64,000 nt of DNA, from positions 10,354,001 through 10,418,000 of the forward strand of contig OZ004610.1 of assembly GCA_963924565.1 (NCBI GenBank). The letters are read 5' to 3'. Position numbers and translations under genes: made by a program. Below the pieces are notes generated by a model that had not been told where the DNA came from, searched no databases, and worked only from the letters and a program-made list of their open reading frames with translations. Shown here piece by piece: positions 1 to 10,461 of this stretch (position 1 is the stretch's first letter; every line of letters begins with the position of its first letter). The stretch is from Ascidiella aspersa. Taxonomy: Eukaryota.

Positions 1-743
1 TTTTGACCGCTCGCAAAATACGTTTTTACACAAAGCTTAAACAAGGTTTTGTGTTATCAAATGTTAGACGAGACGGCCATAATTGTGCGAAGTCTCTGCA
101 CTGCTCGGTTGTGATGTCAAATACGTCATTACTACCCTCAGAACTAAAAAAAGCAACCCCGAAGAAAGAATGACGATACCAATGTTATTTCTGCCAAAGA
201 ATGCGATTCGACCAGGAAGCGACGTTACCTTATTTTGGATTTTAAGTGTATTTTTTTCATTAGCTTTCGTTCAATCGAAGTGTTTTTATTAACGTGGTAA
301 AATAAAATAAGTGAAAACACCTAATCGAGGGTGCAACGAGGCATAAAAGGTTGAGAACCACTGCTCTAATACTTTATTAGCCGTGAAATACGCCAGCTAT
401 CAACCTTTAACGAATTTTACTTCAAAACTATTTTATCACCAGTTCCGACTGAATCCTTGTACGCTTGTATGAATAGTTGTAACAAATTATTAAAAATGTT
501 GGGAGCCGCAGTTAGAGACTTTGCATACCTAATTCAACTTTCTACAGTAGCCAAAAACAAACAGATAATTATTGCAACAAATAAAACGCTTATAAAATTT
601 TGGTTTAATAAAAATAACATACAACATAAATGCAGTTCAAGCACTATGTACATTGTACAAACACATGATTTTACGACGACGCACTGGGAAACCAATTCTT
701 TTGGATTTTTCATATATTTAACAGTTGTCTTGGCAAGGAGTGA

Positions 744-3700
744 TCAGCCTCTGTTGTCCAGATGGACGTCAATTTTGCGTCCATCGATTTCGAAACCGTT
801 AAAGTATCGCACAGCAGCTTCAGCCTGCTCGGGCATTTCGAAGCGAACGTTCCCGAATCCACGCGACTTACCGTTGTCCATTTTGATATCGGCGAACATA
901 ACGTTGCCTGCAAACAAATATAAAACGTCACCTAAAAGTTCGACTTTGGCCGCAATGCGATAGAGTGCTTCAGTTAGTGACTTACCGCATCTCGCAAATT
1001 TGTCCCGTAGTTTTTGCCACGTTAGGCTGTATGGCAGGTTTCGTACGAACACTGTAGTTCCGGGTAAACGGTTGCCGCCTCGATGATAGTTATCTGAAAA
1101 AACGAAACAAATTAGTACTAAACAAACAACACAACACGCTTTAAAAAGCAAGTTACCATTTTTCATTGGGGGTGGCATTGGGGTATTGTTTTGCTGGCTG
1201 ATGTTGTATCCGCCACGTTCTGTCGCTGCAAGGGAACGATCTATGTCCCTTATGCGGTTGTCAACTCTGGCGATATCCCTTAAACAACAACACCAAGTTA
1301 GTTCAGTGAAGTGAAAAGTAATAACACCGCAAACAGCAGAAAAGGCACGTACATTTCAATGCGTTCTCGATCAGACAAGCTGTTTACTCCTCGAGCGGCA
1401 GCAAGTAGTCGGAGTCGGTGTTGGTCAAGAAGACGCTGGTCTAGACTGTCCCTGCTGGAGCCAAGGCCAACCGAGGAGGCAAAATCGCCAATTCCCAGAC
1501 CTGAAATACCAGCAAGACCCAAACCGGAACCTTAACAAATAACGCGACAGGATTAGATTCGAAAGGCATTGCTAAATTGGCTTTTACAAAATTACATTTT
1601 GTTTTGTGTGTCAGTTGGCCGTTCAATTTCCGCAAGTGCAGTACATTTTTGTACGCAACTCAGACGAACGAGACTTATATCATCAGTAACACAAATCTAG
1701 CTAGGTTACAGTTTCAAATGATCCGACAAAATTTTACCTGGTATTGAACCAGCTTGAAGAGTTTCACTTAAACGGCTGGCCTGTTGATTCAAGGCAGACA
1801 AGCCCATTGTTAATGGGTTTGAGCTCCCGTTTTTGTGCACATCCCTCAGACCACCAAAATCCGCACCATTACCAAGACTGCTCAATGCTGACAAGCCTAA
1901 ACAAAAAAAAAGTTTACCAACGAAACCTTGATGGGGGATTTGATAATAAACCTAATTTACCAAGTAGGCCACTGGCAGACATGTTGCTGGGAGGTCCTCT
2001 GTTCAATGGTGCATCTCCAAGTCCTGAAATAAATTTGGTGAACATTAATTGTAGGGATGTCTGATACAGTTATGGAAAGCGAAATATTAACATATGTAGT
2101 TTAAATTGGTGCCTAATCAGCTGGCCGTCATTTTCCTCTTTTGCATTACGCATCAGACGAACGAGACTTATATCATCACTTATAGCACAGTCGTTACAAA
2201 CTTTTGTAAAACACATATAAAACTTTTAATTAAAAGTAGCTACCTCCGTGATCTCTTCTCATTGCAAGAGAAGGCCCAATGCCACTTAAACCACTTGGTA
2301 GCTCAGGTCCATTCCCTTCGTGCAAATTATCTTTGTCCATCTTTACATTCATAATTCTGTTAAACAGCCTCTGCTGGTTTAACATTGCTGTGTTCAGAAA
2401 ACTGGTCAAGAAAAATTGTGATATAAAAATTATCATTGTTATTTGGTTCTAAAATCTTGTGCAATTTTCAGTTGGCCGTTCAATTTCTGCATTGGCATTA
2501 AACTTTGTGAAAGCACTCAGACGAACGAGACTTGTATCATCATCTCCAGCACAATTATGATCCCTAACACTGCTTAGTAATTTATAACATATAAAGAGTA
2601 AAGGATACATATTGCTTGCTGGGCTTCTATCGAATCGTTGTACGTAACTGTAGCCATTCCCCTGCTTTTGTTGTCTTTGTCCAGCATCAAATCAACTTTA
2701 ATAACTTGACCAGCAAGTGAAAAAACCTCTTTTAATTTTGAATAGGTAACGTTGTAGTCAAGCTGTAATTAATTGGGCATTGTCAGGTTGGTTATCTATA
2801 AACTAAAATTCTAAAATTGCAGCTTACATTGGCAACAAACACAGTTTTTCCCAGAGGGCCACGGTTCATCATTTGATTCATCGGTCTTTCATTTGCTGGA
2901 TTTGACAAGGCCATTGGTCTGCCAGCCCCCATCGGTGGTGGCATTGGAGGTAAAGGTCCATGTCTGCCAGGCATGGGTGGAGGCAACCCAGGCATTGGTC
3001 CAGGGCCAGGACCCATTCTCCGTGGTCCCCCATCCCGCATTAACATTTTCTTCACCAACTCTCCATCATAATCCTAGAATAAATTTGGTTGTTTATAATC
3101 AACTAGTTTTGTGGCGAGCTTTGCCTAAATTTACATATGTTAGTGTTTTCAGCTGGCCGTCGTTTTCATCTTTTGCACTATGCATCAGACGAACGAGACT
3201 TATATCATCATTTTTTATGGGAGCTTAAAAAAAAAATCATGTATGGTTGAAGCCACATATATTTTTGTAAAATACTATTAAATTTTTTTTTTTTAATATT
3301 TTAGCAGCTTTTAGTGTTTACCAAATGTTTAGGATGAGATGCTGTATTTTTAAAAGCCCTTGTTTAACCTTTAAAATAAAAAAATATAATTTTAGTAGTT
3401 AACTTACTGCTTTTACAACTAGTTTCCTGTTAGCAATTTCAAAGCGGTTCATCTTTTCAATGGCCTGCTCACAAGTTGCTTTGTCCTTGAATTCAACCAC
3501 CCTAATTAAAAGATAAAGATGAAGATAATAATAAGCTAAATCTATTGTCATGCCTAACAAATAAATTACACAAATACCCAATTTTATTTCAAGACAAATC
3601 AAATCATTTTGGTCATTAAACAAGACATTGTCAATCCCAAAACACATGTGTTGGCAGACAGACCTGACAAGCTACTTTCACAACAATATTTGACATTCAA

Positions 3701-6368
3701 ACATTTCAACTAGATGAATCAAAGAAACCGGCTTAGCAAAGGTTGTCACCTAACCGAGGATGAAAAAACCATACAAACACTTACCCATAACCCTACAAAT
3801 TGGAAGAGCAGGAACAATGAAAGACATTCCATCAGCAACATGTCAACAAAAGGAACATCAGTTGATAGAGAACATATCGGTTTCACAAAAACAACAAGGC
3901 CAAAATTAACTAGTTCTTGGGAGTTATTCAATGAAATATTACACTATATAGCCATATTCTTTAACCAGTGATACTGAGGAGAAACGATTCAACAACTTTT
4001 TAAATTAGGAGAGTTTCACCCAAGAAAATCATGTTAATAATTTGGGATTTACATTCAACATTGACAACTTTTTTTAGGGTTTTTACAGATCAACATAAAA
4101 TTTATCAAAAAAAATTAAACTGTACTAGCCAAAAGTTTACAAATTCCATTTAGTTGTTTTTGAGTGAACACAAAACAATGCTGGACCAACAATGTCAGAA
4201 CCTCCTTTTAACTTACCCGAGATTTACCCTGGTCATCTTTAAACAACTCCACATACGTAACTTCACCCACTGCATGGAAAAGGAAGAAAACATTAAACAA
4301 TTGTTTGTAAAATTAAACATAATAACTTCAATCCAAAGAATCCACTAAAAAAATACTGACATACATTGATTAGGAAGACCTAAAGCCTGACAATGAATTG
4401 AATGAAAGAACAGGGATGTGCCCACTGAGTTGCCTTTTAATAAAATTATATAATATTTATCCAATCTTTTTTCAATCAGAATAGTAAAAACAAGAGGCAG
4501 ATCCAAAACAACATTTATTTCATAAGCACCAACAAAGTCTCAAATTGATAGCAACAACCGATGAACTTTTTAGACAGCAATGTTGTGACATGCTTGTAAA
4601 CCACCACACTTGTCACTTAAATAAGAGTTAAATAAGGACTTTGGATAGTGGACATAGTTTCACAAAACAATTCCAAAAAAAACTTCCAGGCACAAAATAA
4701 ATGTCTACCACCTATAAATCCCTAAATCTGGCAAATTTTATTAAATAGGCACATCCCTGAAAACACTAAAACTAATTTCAACAGGTTAGTAATAATTATA
4801 ATTATTAGTTCTTTATTTCTGTTACTCCCAACTCTTGCCAAGCAATATAAGCACTTAAACCAGGGTTGGGGTGGGAATCAGAACTAGCACAGTTTTTATT
4901 ATTTTCGTTGAGCCGGAGCAAAAGCAACATTTTGAATTTGTAAATCTTACATATTAAATTTTTATTGTAGTCTAGCTCAAAGAGAGTTGGGTACAAACAA
5001 AAAACTATTATCTTTTAGCATGTTAACAATTTTTTGTATAATTTTTGATACAAATTTTTATGTATGTCATATGACTTGTGGCCCAAAAATAATTAGAACA
5101 CTAAAAACCTCCTCTTGCAATCCTTTTAAATAAGTGTTTTGTGGCCCTGAAGCCCCAACTGCATACATAATTTAAAAATGCCAAAATTTTATAACAAAAT
5201 TATGCAATTTATGCTATAAAACTGTTATTTTCCAATGTATCACAGCAATACTTTACACCAAATGTGACACTAAAGATCTTTGGTTGGCAAGCACTTGAAT
5301 ACAATCTGGCCTAGAGCCTCAAGGCATCATTGGTTAGGTGTGCGAAGGCTGCGAAGCCTATGCCTTTTAACAGTGGCTCCCCAGCCCCAATTCTTGTTTC
5401 TCTCAAAAAACAGGTTAAACACCATATAATGTAAAACATTGAAGCTGTTTTTTAACACCATTTTAACAACATCACCAAAGGATCTACCCAAGTGAAATCA
5501 GTTACTGTGTGGAGCCATTACTTTCAATAATATAAAACCACAAAATAGCATCATAATAAAATAAATTTAAGTAGCAGTGTTTGCAAAAGGTCTTTACTCA
5601 TATCTGTAAAAAAGTGGTAGGATTCTAGACCAGCGCCAAATTTACAGTAAAACAAAAGCATCAGACAAATCTTGGGCATTTTTTCACTATTGTACGTGAA
5701 AAGTTATGCAAAAAAAAATAATAATAATACCGCATACCACAACGCATATTGTTTGGGTTAGGGTGGGTCAAGTAATATTATGTTTATTATTAATAATAAC
5801 TTGACCCACCCTCAACCAAACGCTAACCCGCACCCTAACCCAAACAATATGTGTTGTGGTATGCGGCATTTGAAGAAAATTATTTTTTTTATTAATTTTT
5901 ACGTACAATAGTGAAAGAGCGCCAAATCTTGTGCTATAAGGTGAAATATTTATCTGATACAACTACGAACAAACAAATTCTGAAGGACGAAATTGATCAC
6001 AATTTAAAACACGAATAAGAAATAAACAAAATACCTTCTCGCCGAAATGTGTCTTTTAGGTTTTGCCATTTTTCCTCATAGGGTATGTTATTTACGAATA
6101 CCCTCCAAAAAGGTGGCGCCCGGCCCCCTGGACGAAATCCACGACCCCCGCCATCTCGGTTATACGGGGCCGGTCGATCACGTTTAAAACTAGACCTCTC
6201 AACACGGTCACTGTCCCGTCTGCAAACCGTAATTAAAAAAAATGAGGTTTGCACAATACTTGTTTATCGTTTAACAATAAAGTTTGCCCAAACATACCCA
6301 GGTTTTTGCTCTACTTTGACTTTCGGCTTCGTTTCCATTTCGATTACAGGGGATACAACTACACCCAT
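744..6368 (-). CDS. MYEF2/HNRNPM: Myelin expression factor 2 / hnRNP M family RNA-binding protein (3 RRMs, Gly/Met/Pro-rich linker), multi-exon
   Basis: Phase-consistent exons (minus): 6368-6298, 6219-6035, 4269-4217, 3792-3785 (8-nt microexon), 3501-3408, 3073-2828, 2762-2609, 2387-2244, 2023-1961, 1896-1738, 1530-1353, 1278-1157, 1093-986, 907-744. RRM1 RVFVNNIPYEEKWQNLKDTFRREVGEVTYVELFKDDQGKSRGYGVVEFKD; RRM2 begins TVFVANLDY; RRM3 VFVRNLPYSLTWQKLRDKF...GKSRGFGNVRF. The start could instead be the ATG at 6338. Confidence 0.93.
1605..1694 (-). ncRNA. Intronic box C/D snoRNA, copy 1 (long type A); guide to 18S rRNA
   Basis: Minus strand: TGATGA (1685-1680), tataagtctcgttcgt, CTGA (D'), internal hairpin, gaacggccaa, CTGA (D, 1614-1611). 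Short flanking stem (ttgtgt/acacaa). D box about 80 nt from the 3' splice site at 1531. Confidence 0.88.
2109..2188 (-). ncRNA. Intronic box C/D snoRNA, copy 2 (short type B)
   Basis: GTGATGA (2179-2173), tataagtctcgttcgt, CTGA ... gacggccag, CTGA (2120-2117). gtgc/gcac terminal stem. About 93 nt from the 3' splice site at 2024. Confidence 0.88.
2457..2554 (-). ncRNA. Intronic box C/D snoRNA, copy 3 (long type A)
   Basis: ATGATGA (2543-2537), tacaagtctcgttcgt, CTGA (2520-2517) ... gaacggccaa, CTGA (2471-2468). ttgtgc/gcacaa terminal stem. About 80 nt from the 3' splice site at 2388. Confidence 0.88.
3145..3215 (-). ncRNA. Intronic box C/D snoRNA, copy 4 (short type B)
   Basis: ATGATGA (3211-3205), tataagtctcgttcgt, CTGA (3188-3185) ... 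gacggccag, CTGA (3152-3149). About 75 nt from the 3' splice site at 3074. Confidence 0.86.
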
Positions 6369-6446
6369 CGAGTAAGATCAGCAAAGACCGGCTTCACGCT
6401 TCCTTCCTCGAGTAGTTCTAATCTCGGAGCAGACCGGCTGACGTTA

Positions 6447-6472
6447 TGACGTCACAATCGAATTAACCAATG
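6447..6472. promoter_or_regulatory. CRE palindrome and CCAAT box upstream of the MYEF2/hnRNP M-like gene
   Basis: TGACGTCA at 6447-6454 and CCAAT at about 6467-6471, roughly 80-100 nt upstream of the ATG in a CpG-rich patch. Confidence 0.45.
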
Positions 6473-7893
6473 GGCGTTACAGATATTTCGCTTTCAAACC
6501 AAACATATTACCACAACAAGGGGTGCGCAACGTTACAAAATCTCCAACCAAAATATAGCAAATAAGTTGTTGTGAATTAACACTTAGTTTTTTTTGAGTT
6601 TTTTGAACAACAGTTTTATAAGGATTGTTTCGCTAACTTTAACCACTCTATCGAGATTCCCTCCTTGCAAGACTGCAGGTACTCATCACAGTTGAAGGGT
6701 GGATTCGGGATTATTGGTTGAATGTAGAACGTAAAATATTCAAGGTACGACCTAACAAAAGTAAGTCAAAACTTCACGTCACAAGCCGGACCAAAAAGGT
6801 AAAAACATGGCGTTTTTTATAATCAAAATACGAAAAACACCCATGTGCAGCGTGAAAAAACGCCTTTGTATAGTTTGATCTGGCCATACTTTCATTTCAG
6901 AAGGCGCGATGAGACGCACGGCGACCTTGAGCTAAACCGATTTGAACGAAATGAGCTAAGAGTCTAGAGCAGACTGTATACAGAGCCTACTTATAACATA
7001 AATTAGGTCCTCACCTAAAGGGCTACTTTTTTGCATTTTTGTAGTTAAAACAAGGCAAAGATATACAAACTGCGATGTTGCCACCCACAACATTTTTGTG
7101 CGACCTGCGTGCGGCACACGATGTATAGGCCTAATAACATTTTCATTTTTTTATCTAGGCCTATATTTCGAAGAAAAAAGGTCACACATTTCTGTAATGC
7201 ATAATGACAAAAAGAGGATAAATCCTGGCGCGAGCAACTCCAGTATTTAACTTTGTGCTACTATGTTTTAATAGCTGCTCGTTTTTTGGACAATATTTGC
7301 TACTTATTATGGTCGATTTGGGCTGTGTTCAGTCAGAATAGTATGATATGGTTGAAGGTGGCCTAAGTTGTGCATATAGCGGTTGGGCATATACCACCAG
7401 TCCAGCACCATCGAGCACTAATAGCACTAATTAGTGCTCTATGACGCCACTCTCTCCACGAACTGCGTTTTTGCCAACTCTAACAACAAAACTGCGAAAT
7501 ATTTTTGCGCTTTGCGCGAACCTCGCATTTATTTATCACAATTGTTTATTAGCACAGGTAAATCAGACTTTTCGCAGCGAATTTTTAATGTTATTTGCAG
7601 GAGGCTATGGTCATTGTATTGTGTGTCCTTTTAAAACACGAGTAAAATGTTCAATATTTGCGCTTCTGGCGACATTTTTACGTCGTTTCTATGTGTTCCT
7701 ATAAACTGTGAAGTTAATATCCTCACAACTTGTTTGTCAAAGTCAGCTCGATGAAAAGTAATATATCGCGCACGATCAATTTTTTGTATGCTCAATGCGT
7801 TAGGTTGTCTATATTAAAGTTTACCCCACGCAAGGCACAGGGCGATTATCAAAGCGGCGCGAAAGCATAAAGGTTAAAAATCACTGTCTAGAC

Positions 7894-8204
7894 CAGTGTT
7901 TCTTAACCTTTTTTGCTTCGCGGCGCACCTAGAGACGTATGCAAAACGTGGCGGCGCACATTACGAGTGAAGCGAGCGCGAAATTTTTGAGGTGTACCGA
8001 TATTTCTCTTAAATTGCCTGCATTTTTTATTATATGGGTTTTATAGTTGCATATCTTTAAAGGGACTTACAGCCTTTGGGATTCAAACCGTTATTTTGAA
8101 AAAAGTCGTATTCCGTTTAAAGCAATTAAAGTCGTATTCCGATTAATTTTGGACTTATTTCGACATGTTTTTTTTTTTTTTGGCGCACCGGTTGAGAAAC
8201 GCTT
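7894..8204 (+). mobile_element. hAT-type MITE (same family as 62304-62816)
   Basis: Ends cagtgtttcttaacc / ggttgagaaacgctt; perfect 8-bp TSD gtctagac (7886-7893, 8205-8212). Confidence 0.85.
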
Positions 8205-8620
8205 GTCTAGACATTGATCCGCTGACTTTGCTCGAACTGCTTTGCAAAATCTACAGCAGTCTGTTCGGGAACAAGATACAGTTTAAGAGCAATTTAAACC
8301 CTACGGGAATTTCTTGCGCCGCCCATGTCTCATGCGTATATACGGGAAGAATTTTAGTTCATTAGTACTACCCAAAAATTTTAAAAGTTGCAGAAAATTT
8401 TATCCGTATAACGTAATTGCGATGTTATGCTTACTTTTAGTCGTTGTGCCTCCCCTATACCCAAATATTTTTCAAACAGTTGTTTTTTCTCCCTAGAATG
8501 CACCCCAATTCTACATAAGTTATAAATTATTTAAACTATATGTTTAAAATATATTGTTTGACAGATCTATAGAGCGAACTGACTTGCTATATACGATAGA
8601 AAAGTACCCAAACTAATATA

Positions 8621-10092
8621 GGGGAAGCGGGGCTAAACGGACCCCCGGGGCAAAACGGACCCCTCACCTTTCTCGTTGACGAAAATTGCCAGCGTCAATA
8701 TTTGTTTACTGAACAGTGACTATCGTCGAAAAAACGTTTGTCGACAAAAATCAGACTGATTCGATTTTGCACAAACCAGGGAGGGGAGAAAATGTGTTTG
8801 GGGGATATTGATATAAGTATAGCGCAGTAAAATGATGCGTTTATTAGTAAAGTTCAAGTAAAGACGGAGTTACTTTTTTTGCTAAATAATTTGTAGGTAA
8901 GGGTGTGTTTGTTAATCCGAAACAGTTGGAGTTTAAAGTTGAACGATTTTAAAGAAACCAGGTTTTCATGCGATTGATAGTGTTGGGGCAAAACGGACCC
9001 CAAGCGGGGCAAAATGGACCCCTCACAAGTTAATCTGTTATTACTAGCCTAAAACTGCACTGTATGTATTTTTGATTAGCCTTTCAGTAAATCATTTTGG
9101 AAATTGAATAAAATTAAATAATAAATCATTATTTTATATGTGTAGATCAGTTTGTTGGAAGGCCAAACAATCATAAATTTCACCAATATCTGTTGTCAAA
9201 AAGCTCGATTGCTATTTGTTTTAATACTTATGAGTTGGTATACATTAAGATAAATATAAGGCAGTTAACGTACGGTACGGCCTATTTATAACCATGTAAC
9301 TTATAAAGAGTGACAATGCTACCAGTACTTAGTATATGCTATTTTGTTTGTTTTTTTGTATGTTTTGGCTTTCTTTAGTAAAATATTTTCAAGCTATGAA
9401 GGCGCCATGTATACCATTACTTAAATTATGACGTCAAGTTGTGACGTAACTTGTGACAATATCTCTGAAAATTTCTACTCGTCACTTGAACACAAATCCT
9501 TGATCCGGCATTTTCACACAACAAAGCAATTAAATTATATTTTATAAGTGGGGTCCGTTTTGCCCCGCCAGGGGTCCGTTTTGCCCCGTTTAAAAATCGA
9601 CAACAAAAGTTAATTTATTCAGAAGATATTCTTCTTTCAGTTGTTTTTTTTAGCATAGGAGTAACTTTCAGTAAGACCTTTCAGTTGATATTTTGTGAAA
9701 CTCGTAATATAGCATTTATCCTTTAAGACAGGGGTTCTTAAACTTTTTTTTACCGCAGACCCCTAAACATTTTTTTTGCTTTGCATGATGGACCCCGGTA
9801 GACAAGAAATGCTCCAAAATGACGTCACAATACAAATAGACTTCATGATTCTGTTATTTCGGTCCGAGAAATGTGAAAGTTAAATGGAGTCTAACTATAT
9901 ACATTCAGTATAAAACCGTTTAATTTTCAATTAAACTGTTTTCTTTTAAAAATTAATAACTTTAAGTATACACTAGTTCTTTTATTAGGCCTTTATGGAC
10001 CCCCTAAAACTAGTTCACGGACCCCCAAGGGGTCCATGGACCCCAGTTTAAGAACCCCCGCCTTAAGGGGTCCGTTTCACCCCGCCTTCCCC
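8621..10092. mobile_element. Non-autonomous DNA transposon with TA flanks and subterminal GGGGCAAAACGGACCCC repeats
   Basis: TIRs ggggaagcggggctaaacggacccc / ggggtccgtttcaccccgccttcccc flanked by TA. Motif repeated at about 8640-8662 and 8985-9022, inverted at 9550-9588. Confidence 0.8.
9729..10060. mobile_element. hAT-type MITE nested in 8621-10092
   Basis: TIRs caggggttcttaaac / gtttaagaacccccg; degenerate 8-bp TSD ctttaaga/ccttaagg. Confidence 0.75.
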
Positions 10093-10461
10093 TATATGCT
10101 ACACGAATGTAGGGAAGGGTTCCGCAAACTTTTGTCACTTGCGGAACACCAACCAACAGGGTTTCAAAATATCGGCGGTATGAAACGACGATAAGAAAAT
10201 GGGCTATTATTAAAGCAAGCCAAGGGCAAATAGAAATTTTCATACTTGCATCAATGATACTGTATCATTGCTTACATGCGCCGTAAGCCTAAAATTTTGA
10301 CCTAATATTTAGCAAAGCCCTATTTCTAATTTTAGACTTTTATATTCCTAAAAAGGGTACCGTACTCAAACTTGCTTGGACTTCCCCTCACGATGGCGGG
10401 TCGAGGAATGTTAAAAGGCTTCTAAATCGCACCAATGATAGTATCATTGATCGCACTAAAC

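Noticed and set aside
1611-3211. Four regularly spaced near-identical repeats as a CRISPR-like array or transposon family
   Set aside because: The spacers are spliceosomal exons, there are no TIRs or TSDs, and conservation is confined to C/D boxes and rRNA-complementary guides.
5750-5845. Interstitial telomeric repeat
   Set aside because: Only isolated TTAGGG-like units inside a palindromic MITE, not a tandem array.
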